Source of the DNA: an uncultured Alphaproteobacteria bacterium
Lineage (GTDB): Bacteria; Pseudomonadota; Alphaproteobacteria; Rhizobiales; Rhizobiaceae
Reading direction: 5' to 3'
NCBI GenBank assembly: GCA_963710935.1
Contig: CAVQCL010000028.1
Location: forward strand, 51,815-115,814
DNA length: 64,000 nt
Numbering within the stretch: the first letter of the stretch is position 1; each line of letters starts with the position of its first letter. Of this stretch, positions 33,348-44,672 are shown piece by piece. A program made the position numbers and the translations under genes. The notes beneath the pieces were generated by a model, which had not been told where the DNA came from, ran no database searches, and saw only the letters and a list, made by a program, of their open reading frames with translations.

Positions 33348-36300
33348 CTATTTCTTGCCTAAGGCCTTTTCCACCAGTTCGACCTTCTTGTCGATCAGCG
33401 AGGTCATGGCAGGGTTGCCCTGTTCGGCCATAATGCCGCGCGCCGCCGCAAAATAGGTCAGCGAGCTTTCAAGAGCTTTCTTGTCTTTGCCGAGCGTTCC
33501 CTTGTTCCAGTAGACGTCGCCGAGATTGTTCTGCTGGAAGGCCCATTGCAGCGGCAACACTTCCTTGCTGAACACTTTCGTCGAAGCAATGAATGCCTTC
33601 TCGGCCTCGTTGGCGTATTTGTTGGTTTGCTCACGCAAGCCAAGATTGTTCAGGCTTATCCCCAGGCCGCTTTGTGCATTTGCCCAATCGACGGCCGCGC
33701 TCTCCGGCGTCAGCACCTCGAGTGCGGCGCGGCGCGCCTCTATGGACTCCTTAAGGACCTTCGTGTCGGTCTGATAATTGCTCAGCGTCGAAAGCGCGGA
33801 GCCAAGATTGGCCATCGCCATCGCCCATTGCTCGGGCACATCTTCGCGATTGTAGACTTCGAGGGCCGCGCTGAAGGCATTCGCGGCATCTTGATAGCGC
33901 TCCGGCGCACTCGTCAACGCGCCGAGCAGCATATAGGAATTGCCGGAATTGTAGTGCGTCATGGCCCAATCGAGCGGCAGGCGATCGCGGGTGAAGACCT
34001 CGCGGGCGTCGGCATATTCCTTGACCGATTTTTCAATGCTCTCAGCGTCGAAATTGCGCTGGCCGAGCGTCTGGAGCACCCCTGCGTAGTTGTTCTTGGC
34101 CGATGCCCAGTCGAGCGGCACGCAAGTCTCGTGAATACACCGAAAGCGCGTCTTCATAGGCCTGTGCTGCTTCGGCGAGGCGGGCCGCACTGCTGTCGAA
34201 CCGGTCGGCATAGTAGAGCGCCGTGCCCAGGTTGAGCCTGGTCGCGGCCCAGGACAGCGGGAAGCTCTCCCGGGTGCGAACTTTCAGCGCATCGCGAAAC
34301 GTCTGCGCGGCCTCGTCGAACTTTGCCAGATCGCCACGTTCATTGCCCTGCGCGTTCAATGTGTTGCCAAGATTGTTGAGCACCATCGCCCATTCGGCCG
34401 GCGTGCGACGCTCCGTATATTCTTCCAGCGCCGCCCGATAGGCGGCTTCCGACTCGTCATATAGTTTTCCGCCGCCCTTTCGCTCGGCGATCAGGTTCAG
34501 CGCAAGGCCCAGATTGTTCTGCGTGGAGGCCCAGTCCATCGGAATTTTCTGGCGGTCGCGTGTGGCCAGCGCCTTGCGCATTTCAACCGCGGCCTGTTCC
34601 AGCGTTTTGACGTCGCTCTTCCGTTCGCCGATGGTCAGCAGCACATTGCCGAGATTGTGGTGAGCGGTTGAGACATTCATGGCGTCCTTCTCCCGCTCAA
34701 AAATGGCCAACGAGTTCACGGAGAATTTCGACCGCCTTTTCCATATTGGCGGTATCGAGCTCACGCTGGCCGATGGTCTGGTAGACGGTCGCCATATTGT
34801 TGCGGGTGATCGCCCAATCGCGGCCCTGTTCGCTGCGTGGAATGAAGTCGAGGACTTCCTGGTAGGCTGCGAGTGCTCCTTGAAGCGCTTTCGGTGTCGC
34901 CTTTGGCGCCGCCAAGCGCGCTGAGCGATTCCGCTTCCAGGTTCTTGTAGTTCCACCGCAGGCGCTCATCCCATTTTTCGATCAGATCGAAGGCCTTGCT
35001 GTAGTCGGCGGCGGCACCCGCGAAATCGAAGATCAGCGACGAGGCTTCCGCCCGGCGGGCATAGACGGTGGCGTCGGCGATACGCTTGCGCTTGACCGTC
35101 TCCTCGGCGTCGTCGACCGTCGATCGCGTGGATTCCACCCGCGCGACCGCCTTGTCGAGAAAACTGCGTGCGGTCTCGATGGCGCCCTCGTCGATGGCGC
35201 GGTCGGCCGTTGCCATCAGACGCTTCATCTCTGGATCATCGGACCGCAGCGCCTCGCGCTCGGCCATCATCTTCTTCAGCCGCTCGGCTTGCTCGTCGAG
35301 CACTTTCGACAACTCGTCCGGCTTTTCCGGCATCTTGTCCGCGCCGAGCGCGCGCAGAACGCCATAGAGCGCATCAAGCGGCACACCATCCTTGTTGGCC
35401 ACCATCTCGACCTGCGCGCGCTGCGGGTCCGGCAATTCCGCGATGGTGAGCAGCAGCTGCCGGCGCTCGCCGGTGATCAGCGCGTCGTCGCCGGTCGGTT
35501 CGTCGGGTGCGACGCCGAAATAGAGCAGGCGGCGCAGGCTTTCGTTCGTCCAGGGCCGCTGTTGCGTCTTGGTGTCGAGATAGACTTCTTCCGTGACCAT
35601 GCGCATGACCGAGCCGAACTCGGCGCCCTTCATTGCCACGAGATGGCGCAGCAGCGCTGCAGCATATGGGCTGTTGGCGCCGGCATCGCCGTCGAGGGCA
35701 GGGCGGCCGGGTTCGGCGGCGAAGCCGACGACCGTGCCAAGGTTTTCGACGTCCGGTTTGTCGGTGTTGGTCAGCGCCTTCGCGCCACGAACGACCGTCA
35801 GGCCGCCTTCGCCGACAGGGTCACCGGAGCCGGTCGGCGTTTGCTTCAGAATCGGCTCCGGCCGGAAAGGGATTGGTGCGGCAGGCATCGAGCAGCACAA
35901 CCGTGATCGGAACGGTCTTTTGCAACTCCTCGATGACTTTGGACATTGGAACCAACGCCTCGCGCGCGTTGGAGAGCGAAGAAACATCGGCGTCGACCGG
36001 CACGAGCCAGTTTTCGCCAGCCGCCTCGATGCCGTGGCCGGCATAATAGAGGAAGGCAACGTCCGCGCCTTCGGCGTCCTCGACGAAACGCTCCAGGTCG
36101 CGCGCGAGCTTCGATGCATCGCGGTCGCTGACGCTGCGCGCGTCAAAGCCGAGATCGGTCAAGCAGCTTGGCGATTTCGCGCGCATCCTGCGCGGGATTG
36201 GGCAGGGCGGTGATGTGTTCGTATTTCGACTGGCCGATGACCAGCGCGACGCCCTTGAGCGAATCCTGGGCGCGCGCGGGCATAGCGAGAAGGCAGCATC

Positions 36301-36374
36301 AGCCAAGCGGCCAGCGAGCAGCACCAAACGCGCGCCAGCCGGCCAAAGGTTGTGACTTGCGCGCCCACCGCCAT
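33348..36374 (-). CDS. Exported caspase-family (peptidase C14) protein with long C-terminal TPR-repeat region (~1000 aa); at least 5 frameshifts
   Basis: Signal peptide (...RLARVWCCSLAAWLMLPSA), then a caspase domain with the His/Cys dyad (ADVAFLYYAGHGIEAAGENWLVPVDAD ... TVVLLDACRTNPF). Then ~700 aa of TPR-like repeats with recurring ...W/LxxNNLGNxL... units, through to ...LVEKALGKK. Confidence 0.75.
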
Positions 36375-36496
36375 GTGCTTCGCCGATCAATGCCCCAGAA
36401 ACCACTATACTGTGCAACTCAAGCTTGATCAAATCGCGGCAAGGTGAAGGTGGTTGCGTGGCGATATGGCGTCGCCTATCAGCGCATGATGTCTCA

Positions 36497-37415
36497 CGCT
36501 CGTCGAAACCATCCTGTTCGTCTTCAGCCTTGTCGCGCTCGGCTATGGCGCGGGCGTCGCCGGCTATCTCAAGCCGACGACAGGCGAAGGCGTCGCCGAA
36601 TTCGCCATCAACGTCGCGATGCCGCTGCTTCTGTTCCGCACCATGATCAGCTCCGATTTTCATGGCGGCCTGCCATGGGCCTTCTGGGCGGTCTATTTCG
36701 CGGCCGTCATCGTCACCTGGACGACCGGGCCACCTGATCACGACACGCGTGTTCGGGCGTGACAGCCAGGCGGGCGTGGTCGGAGGCGTCTCGTCGGCAT
36801 TCTCCAACATCGTGCTGATCGGCATTCCGTTCATGCTGGGCGTGTTTGGCCAGCCGGGTTTCGAAATTCTGTCGCTGCTGATTTCGGTACATCTGCCGAT
36901 CATGATCATGGCCTCGATCATTCTGTTCGAGATTTTCGGCAGGACTGGCGAAGGCTTGCAGTTCGGCGCCATTGCCCGAACCTTCATCAAGCGCGTCAGC
37001 ACCAACCCGCTGATCATCGGCATCCTGGCCGGCCTTGTTGTGGCGCGCCACCGGCCTGACGCTGCCGGCATTGCCGTCCCGCCTGATCGAGGCACTGGCC
37101 AACACCGGCGCGCCGATCGCCCTGTTTTCCATGGGGCTGAGCCTCAGCCGCTTCGGCGTTTCGGGCAACGTCAAGCCGGCGCTGGCTCTTGTCGGCGGTC
37201 AAACTTCTGCTGATGCCGGCGGTTGCCCTGCTGCTCGCCTGGCTGGTCGGGCCTGCCGCCGCTGACCGCCAAGGTCGCCGTCGCGGCGGCGGCGCTGCCG
37301 TCCGGCGTGAATTCCTATCTGATCGCCGCGCAGTTCGGCACCGGCCAGGCGCTGGCGTCGAACCAGATGACCATTGCGACGGCCTTGGCGGTCGTCGACG
37401 ACCGCTGTGGCTGAC
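36497..37415 (+). CDS. AEC-family (auxin efflux carrier-like) transporter; frameshifted
   Basis: ...ETILFVFSLVALGYGAGVAGYL...INVAMPLLLF...SNIVLIGIPF...ALFSMGLSL... matches the membrane transport protein/AEC family (mdcF-like). Confidence 0.7.
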
Positions 37416-37562
37416 GGCGCGCAATGGGTGTTTGGCTAAGCTGGTCTAACGCACAGGGTCATGTTTTCGTTGATGTCGACGATCGTCGGGCTATGACGCC
37501 CGCAACGTCAAGGCCAAGCCAGGGAGCCGTTCGTTTTCGCTCTCAGCCCTCGGGAGGCATCA

Positions 37563-39025
37563 ATGCTCCAGAAAATCAGCCAGTTCATGCGCGAGGCCAA
37601 TCTGATCGGCGGCGAATGGGTGCAGGCCGACAGCGGCAAGACGATCGACGTCACCAACCCGGCCAACGGCCAGACGATCGGTACCGTGCCGAATTCGGGT
37701 GCCGCCGAGACACGGCGCGCCATCGACGCGGCGCACGAGGCTTTCAAGGCATGGAAGAAGACGTCGGCGCTGGAGCGCTCAAAACTGCTGCGCAAGCTGC
37801 ATGATGCGCATCATGGACAATCAGGACGCGCTGGCGGAACTGCTGACTACCGAGCAGGGCAAGTCGCTGTTCGAATCGCGCGGCGAAGTCGGCATGTCGG
37901 CCGCCTACGTGCTGTGGTTCGCGGAAGAGGGCCGGCGCACCTATGGCGACGTCGTGCCGTCGCCCTGGGCCGACCGCCGCATCATCGTGACCAAGGAGCC
38001 GATCGGCGTGATCGCCGCGATCACGCCGTGGAATTTCCCGTCCTCGATGCTCGCCCGCAAGCTCGGCCCCGCACTCGCCGCCGGCTGCACGGCCGTGGTG
38101 AAGCCTGCGACGCAGACGCCCTATTCGGCGCTCGCCTGGGGCGTGCTGGCCGAGGAAGTCGGCATTCCCAAAGGGCGTGATCAACATCGTCACCGGCGCG
38201 GCCGGCGAGATCGGCGATGAGATTTGCGCCAATCCGCTGGTGAAGAAGATCACCTTCACCGGCTCGACCCCGGTCGGCAAGATGCTGATCGAGAAGTCGG
38301 CTTCGACGGTGAAAAAGGTGTCGATGGAACTCGGCGGCAATGCGCCTTTCATCGTCTTCGACGACGCCGATCTCGACCGCGCGGTCGAGGGCGCCATGCT
38401 GGCGAAATTCCGCAATTCCGGGTCAGACCTGCGTCTGCACCAACCGCTTCTTCGTGCAGGCCGGCCATCTACGACAAGTTCGTCGAGCGGCTGGCCGCGG
38501 CAACCAAGAAGCTGAAAGTCGGCTCCGGCCTTGAAGACGGCGTGCAGCAGGGTCCGCTGATCGATGAGAAGGCGGCCGCGAAGACCGAGGAATTCGTCGC
38601 CGATGCGAAGGCCAAGGGCGGCAAGGTCGTCACCGGCGGCAAGCGGCATGCGCTGGGCGGTTCGTTCTTCGAGCCGACGGTGATTTCTGGCGCGACGCCC
38701 GACATGATGTTCATGAAGGAAGAGATTTTCGGCCCTGTCGCCCCGGTGTTCAAATTCGAGACGGAGGAAGAGGCGGTCGCGCTCGCCAACGACACCGAGT
38801 TCGGCCTCGCCGCCTATTTCTACACGGGCGATCTCGGCCGGGCATTTCCGCGTGATGGAAGGCCTGAAATACGGCATGGTCGGCGTCAATGAGGGACTGA
38901 TCACCACACCTGAGGCGCCGTTCGGCGGGGTGAAGGAATCCGGGCTCGGCAAGGAAGGCGGACATCAGGGCATCGACGACTATCTCGATACCAAATATGT
39001 CTGCCTGGGTGGCCTAGGCCTTTAG
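37563..39025 (+). CDS. gabD: NAD(P)-dependent succinate-semialdehyde dehydrogenase; several frameshifts
   Basis: ...[30 protein letters not shown]...ITPWNFP...FTGST.VG...[18 protein letters not shown]...[10 protein letters not shown]...[35 protein letters not shown]... (Glu and Cys catalytic residues present). Confidence 0.85.
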
Positions 39026-39046
39026 AGACCGAGCGGCGAGGGGACG

Positions 39047-40060
39047 ATGGCTGAACCGGAAATTTTCGGCCGCACGGCGGAAGGCGAAGAAGTCCATCGC
39101 GTGGAAATCGCCGCCGGCGGACTGCGCGCCAAATTGATAAGTTGGGGCGCGGTCTTGCAGGATCTGCGCCTCGAAGGCCACGGCGCGCCGCTGGTCCTCG
39201 GCTTTGAGACATTCGAGCAGTACCCAAGCTATTCGCCGCATTTCGGCGCGATGCCCGGCCGATTTGCCAACCGCATCAAGGAGGGTCGTTTCATCCTCGA
39301 CGGCGAGCGCTTTCAGACCGACCAGAACCAGCACGGCCGGCACACGCTGCACGGCGGCAGCAAAGGCTACAGCAAACGGGTATTGGCACATTGTCGGAAA
39401 GCGGCCGCGGATTTCGTCGACCTTGGCGCATGCACATCGCCCGATGGCGAGATGGGTTTTCCCGGCAATCTGGACGCGCCTGCACCTACCGGCTGCAAGC
39501 CAGCCGGCACGCTTTCGATAGAGTTTCAGCGCGACGACGGACCGGGCGACGCTGTGCAACCTGACCAACCACTCCTATTTCAATCTGGATGACGGCGGCG
39601 CGAGCGACATTCTGGACCACCGCCTGACGATCGCCGCGTCCGCTATCCTGCCCAATGACAAGGACGGCGTTCCGCTCGGAATTGTCCAGCCGGTTGACGG
39701 CACGCCGTATCGATTTTCTGCCTGGCGCGCAACGATCCGTACCGAGGGCGCGCAGACCCTTACGACAACAATTTTTGTCTCGCCGCGCAGCGCCGGCCAC
39801 TGACGCAGGCGGCATGGACGCAGGGCGCTGTGTCAGGCATCGAGATGGAAACGCTGGACGACCGAGCCCGGCGTGCAATTCTACATCGGTCATAAGAATC
39901 AGGCCCGATATGCCGCCCGGCCTCGACGGCATTCAGTACGGTCCTTCGTCAGGCTTTTGCCTGGAAGCTCAAATCTGGCCCGACGCACCGAACCGGCCGT
40001 ATTTTCCGCAGGCGTTGCGCCAGGCGAGACGTATCGGCATGTGACGGAGTATCGGTTGAT
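39047..40060 (+). CDS. galM: Aldose 1-epimerase (galactose mutarotase family); frameshifted
   Basis: ...LISWGAVLQDLRL...LVLGFETFEQY...FGAMPGRFANRIKEGRFILDGERFQTDQNQHGRHTLHGG... and C-terminal ...VQFYTGN... ...GFCLEAQIWPDAPN. Confidence 0.7.
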
Positions 40061-40105
40061 AGCGATATTAGGCCCGCCCGATTGCTCGGGCGGTGCTTGA
40101 GTTTG

Positions 40106-41619
40106 CTAGTTGCCGGCTTCGGCGGGGCTCGCCTTGGCGTCTAGCTCTCCGAAATGCCCATGCACTTCGATGTCGTCGAGCAGGCCGATCCACAGTGAAG
40201 CGCAGAGCCCCACCATGACCAGCAGGAACGGCGCGGCTGCGATGATCGAGGCTGTCTGCAAGCCCCCCAACCTGCCATCAGGGAAAGCTGTCACGGTAGG
40301 GAATACGGTAGCGCACAGTCCCATCGGAATAGTCGTCTTGTGACAACGAAACTGTGGAGCCGCTTGGGTACAAGGGGTAAAGACGGGCCAGGCACAACGG
40401 AGGCGGAGACGTAAAAGATCGGACCGGCATTTTGACCATCGTCAGGTGAGCGTCGCCAGCGGATATTGTGCCAGCAGGGCAAACAACGACACCGGAGCAC
40501 CCTTGTCGTTCACCGCTTCGACCAGACCGCCGGCGCCCATCAGTTCGGAATGCAGCGCCGTGCCGCCCATGATGGTGAACCACACGAAGGTGACAGCGCT
40601 GGGGATCAACAGCACGCCGATGACGAATTCCCGAATGGTGCGGCCGCGCGAGATGCGGGCGATGAACACGCCAACGAACGGCGCCCAGGAAATCCACCAG
40701 GCCAGTAAAAGATCGTCCAGCTTGCCAGCCACTTGCCGTCGCTGAAGGCGGCGGTCCGGAAGGACATCGAGACGAGATCACTGAGGTAGTAGCCGAGCGA
40801 TTCGATCAGCGTGTCGAAAATGAAGATCGTCGGGCCGATGAGCGCCAGGAAAAGCAAGAGAAGGACAGCGATGAGCATGTTCATGTTGCTGAGGAACTGG
40901 ATGCCCTTGCCGACGCCCGAAACGGCAGAGAGGATGAAGACGACGGTCAGGACGCGATGATGATCAGCGCGATCGTGGCTTTTGACCATGTAGAGAAATC
41001 GCACCGCTTTTGCCGCTCGTAACGGACAAGACTTCGTGCAAAAGCTTGTGTTCGGGGGGTGGGAAATGGCCGTGATCTAGCAAAGCGAAGGAAGAGAATA
41101 AGCGCGACGGCGCTCGAATACGGCAACAATGGCGACCGAAAAACAGCCCGGATGCAGCGCCAGTGGAAATAGGCGTATTGCATGGCGACCAGCGCCGCTT
41201 CCTTCGATTGTGGTTGGCCATGCCGTGTGGCGGCGCGCCGAAATGGAACACTGGTTCGGCGACGCCCAGAACATCAATCCGATGCCCATGCCGACGCTAA
41301 ACATCATGCAGACCCAAGACACAGTGGAGAATTCAGGCTTTTCGTCGTCGTGTCCGAGCCTGATCTTGCCGAAGCGGCTGAGCGCCAGGAAGACCGCGAA
41401 GATAAGGAAGAAGGCCGTCGAGACGACGAAGCTCCAGCCAAAGGTCTTGATAATTCGGTTCAGAACGACCGTCGCGACAGCGTCAGACGTGCCGGGAGAG
41501 ACGACACCGCAGAGTTCAAATCCGACGGCAATGACGATTGCCGGCCAGAATACGCCGGGGTCGATGCCCGGCACTGGTGTCGTGGACATCCGCGATGCCT
41601 CCAATTTTTCGCTGATCAC
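40106..41619 (-). CDS. BCCT-family (betaine/carnitine/choline) transporter; frameshifted
   Basis: BCCT signature WTIFYW...[25 protein letters not shown], with N-terminal TM segments [24 protein letters not shown].... Confidence 0.8.
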
Positions 41620-41801
41620 CTCTCACGCCCGGCTCATTTAGGAGAGCATTTTCCGATCCGCCGGATCAGGTCGGTGCGCAACCTCTAGATGACGGAATGA
41701 CGTAAGGTTAGGTCGACTGATCGCGACTTGATCGGACCTGAAACCGACGCTTTTTGTACAGCCGTCTAGAAATGGCTGCCTCGCTCAAGGCGCCAACTGG
41801 G

Positions 41802-42694
41802 TTACGCAAAAGCCGCTCGCAACGTCTCGAACGGCGCCAGCGCGCCGCGCACCTGGACCACCGCCGCCGCCAACTTGTGCGCCTTGGCGGCTGCTTCGAC
41901 GGTGGCAGGCCACGCAGCCGCGCAGCCAGATAGCCGCCGTTGAACGAATCGCCCGCGCCGGTCGTGTCGACCGCTTTGACCGTAGGGCAGGGACTGTCGC
42001 GTTGGCCATGCTGCAGACGACCAGGCAGGGTTTTTCGCCATCCTTGACGACGATTTCCTTCACACCCATGTCTTGGCAAGCCGGTGGCGGTCGCCTGCAG
42101 GCTCCTTGTCGCCATAAAGCGCCTGCTCGTCGGGAAAGGTCGGCAGTGCGATGTCGGTGACGGCGAGCGCTGCCGCGATCGCAGCTTTCGCAGTGGCTGC
42201 GTCAGGCCACAGGCGTGGACGGTAGTTCGGGTCGAACGCGATGGTCGAGCCGTTGGCTCCGCGCGCGATACTTCAGCGCTGCGATCAGCGCCTCGCGCCG
42301 CCGGCTCGCAGGATCGCCAGCGTGATGCCGGAAAAATAGACCATCGACTGGTTTTCCAGGCTTTTCGCCAGTGCGCTTGCGTCGTCGGCAAGCTGGCGGG
42401 CGGCGGCATCGTTGCGCCAATAGGTGAAGGAACGCTCCGCGCCGGTCAGCGTGATGGCGTAGAGGCCGGGCCTCGCGCCGGAAATGATCGGGCTGGAAGC
42501 TGTGCCGATATCGTGTTCGGCCAGAAAAGCGAGCTGGTCGCGCGAAAAAGGATCGTCGCCGAAGGCGCTGACATAGTCGGCCTTGGCTCGGGGCCGATCA
42601 GCGCGCGCAAGGCCCAGACGGTGTTGAACGTGTCGCCGGCGAAGCCGAGTTTCCATGTGCCGTCGTCGCGGCCCGAGCCGGACAGCTCGATCAT
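41802..42694 (-). CDS. PfkB-family carbohydrate kinase (KdgK/2-dehydro-3-deoxygluconokinase-like); frameshifted
   Basis: N-terminus MIELSGSGRDDGTWKLGFAGDTFNTVWALRAL (GG motif region); C-terminus ...DTTGAGDSFNGGYLAA... (DTxGAGD anion-hole motif). Confidence 0.7.
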
Positions 42695-42843
42695 GCACTC
42701 GCCGATCGGACGCTACGGATTGAGGAAGGTCTGTTGCTTGGCGCGTTCATCTGTTCGCCCTACGATGCGTATCGTGCGGCACTACGACGAGACCGGAGGA
42801 AGACAAAGGCGCAACAATGCCGAAATCTGGCTCCGAAAGCTGA

Positions 42844-44057
42844 TGGTTCCGCTGCTGGCGGCTGCTGACCGGTCTGTTGCCGGCACGGCGCAGCCCAGGC
42901 TACCGGCGCAACACGCTCTTCACGAGCATCGAGAAGCGGCAATCAGATCGAGGCATTCTCGCTGGCCAAGCTGCCGCCGAGGCCGCGCGGATCCGACCAA
43001 CGAGGTTGACGACGACCCCGCCGCGATGGCGCTGGGGGCAACGCTGTTCTTCGACATGCGCATGTCGAAGAACGGCGCGGTGGCGTGCTCGACCTGCCAC
43101 CAGATCGGCCGGCAGTTTCAGGACGGCATTCCGCTGGGCAAAGGCATCGCGAACGATGAACCGCCGCACGCAGCCGCTGGCCGGCGTCGCCTGGCAGCGC
43201 TGGTTCTTCTGGGACGGGCGCAAGGACAGCCTTTGGTCGCAGGCGCTGGCGCCGTTGGAAAAGCCGCAGGAGCATGGTCTCAACCGCACCTGGTACGCGC
43301 ATTTCATGGCCGACAATTTCAAGGAGCGCTATGAGCGCATCTTTGGGCCGATGCCGGATCTGTCGAGCGTGCCGCGCCAATGCCGGGCCGTTCAATTCCG
43401 ACGAGACACGAAACGCCTGGCGCGCGATGAGCGAAGCGGACCGCGATGCGGTCAATCGCGTCTTCGTCAACATCGGCAAAGCGATCGCAGCCTTCGAAAC
43501 CTCGATCGATTTTCCGGAAACGCGCTTCGATCGTTTTGCAAAAGCCCTGGCCGAGGGACGCGAGCCGGAAGGCGATGCTGCTTTCTCGAACGAGGAGATT
43601 GCGGGCCTAAAATTGTTTGTCGGGCGCGGCAATTGTGATTTCTGCCATGCCGGCCCGCGCTTCACCGACGACGGCTTTCACAACACCGGCGTGCCGGCGG
43701 ATCCTTCGCTGCCGATCGATCGCGGGCGGCGCGACGGTTTTGTCCAGCTCTTTGCCGACGAATTCAATTGCCGCGGCAAGTTCAATGCGGCGCCGCCGCG
43801 ATATTGTCCGCCTGTCGAAGCATTCACTTTGACCGGCCGCGAGGTCGAGCGCGCTTTCAAGACGCCGTCGTTGCGGGGTGTCGCCGCGCGCCCGCCTTAT
43901 ATGCATGCCGGGCAGTTCGAGACTTTGGACCGTGTGGTCGATCATTATTCGACCGCTCCCGAAGCCGAGATCCGGCAGAAGCGAGGTTGCTCCGCTCAAT
44001 TTGAGCGCGGAGGAGAAGGCGGCACTGATCGCGTTTCTGAAGACGCTGGACCCGTAG
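42844..44057 (+). CDS. Di-haem cytochrome c peroxidase (CCP/MauG family); frameshifted
   Basis: Two CxxCH motifs (VACSTCHQ and GNCDFCHAGP), plus FFDMRMSKNGAVAC, WFFWDGRKDSLWSQA and FKTPSLRGVAARPPYMHAG, which are conserved CCP blocks. Signal-peptide-like N-terminus. Confidence 0.8.
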
Positions 44058-44516
44058 CTACCGGTCCTTCACCGTCTCCATCGCCACGAAGGTCGATGTC
44101 TGCGCCACATGGGGCAGGGCGGAGATGCGTTCGCCCAACACCCGGCGGTAGCTGCCGATATCGCGTGTGCGCACTTTCAGCAGATAATCGAAGCTCGCCG
44201 CCATCATGTGGCACTGCTCGATCTCGGCGACGGCGTTGACCGCCTTGTTGAAGGCATCGAGCGCCGCGGAGCGCGTATCGGAAAGCTTGACCTGCACGAA
44301 GGCGACGTGGCCCTCGCCGATGCGCTCGCGGTCGACGACGGCCGAGTAGCCGCGAATGATGCCGTCTTTCTCCAACCGCCGCACGCGCGCCTGAACCGGC
44401 GTCTTCGAAAGCCCAACCTTCTCGGCGAGCTCGTTCATCGACAATCGGCCGTCGCGGCCGAGCGCAGCGAGGATGTTTCGGTCGATCCGGTCCAATTGGT
44501 CTATTTCGATCATCAT
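44058..44516 (-). CDS. putR: Lrp/AsnC-family transcriptional regulator, divergent from putA (PutR-type)
   Basis: Intact 152 aa with HTH_AsnC (LDRIDRNILAALGRDGRLSMNELAEKVGLSKTPVQARVRRLEKDGII) and a RAM domain. Classic divergent putR-putA arrangement. Confidence 0.75.
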   Translation of the reverse strand: MMIEIDQLDRIDRNILAALGRDGRLSMNELAEKVGLSKTPVQARVRRLEKDGIIRGYSAVVDRERIGEGHVAFVQVKLSDTRSAALDAFNKAVNAVAEIEQCHMMAASFDYLLKVRTRDIGSYRRVLGERISALPHVAQTSTFVAMETVKDR

Positions 44517-44672
44517 TGACCTTCAATTGGCAAGTTGATGGCAAAAGCTTAGATCAAATGGACTGAATTTTCCAGATTTACAGAACGACGCTCCGAAGCC
44601 CGTTGTGCTATTGCCTGGCATCGATTTTGATCAGTTTTGGCAGGCCGAAATGGCCGCCGTCTGGGAGGGGCA

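Noticed and set aside
32593-33348. Possible genomic island boundary at the tRNA locus
   Set aside because: No integrase, transposase, phage or conjugation genes were found on either side. Both flanks carry conserved Rhizobiales housekeeping genes (SPFH and acpXL cluster on one side; gabD, galM and putA on the other). At most an ancient att-site scar.
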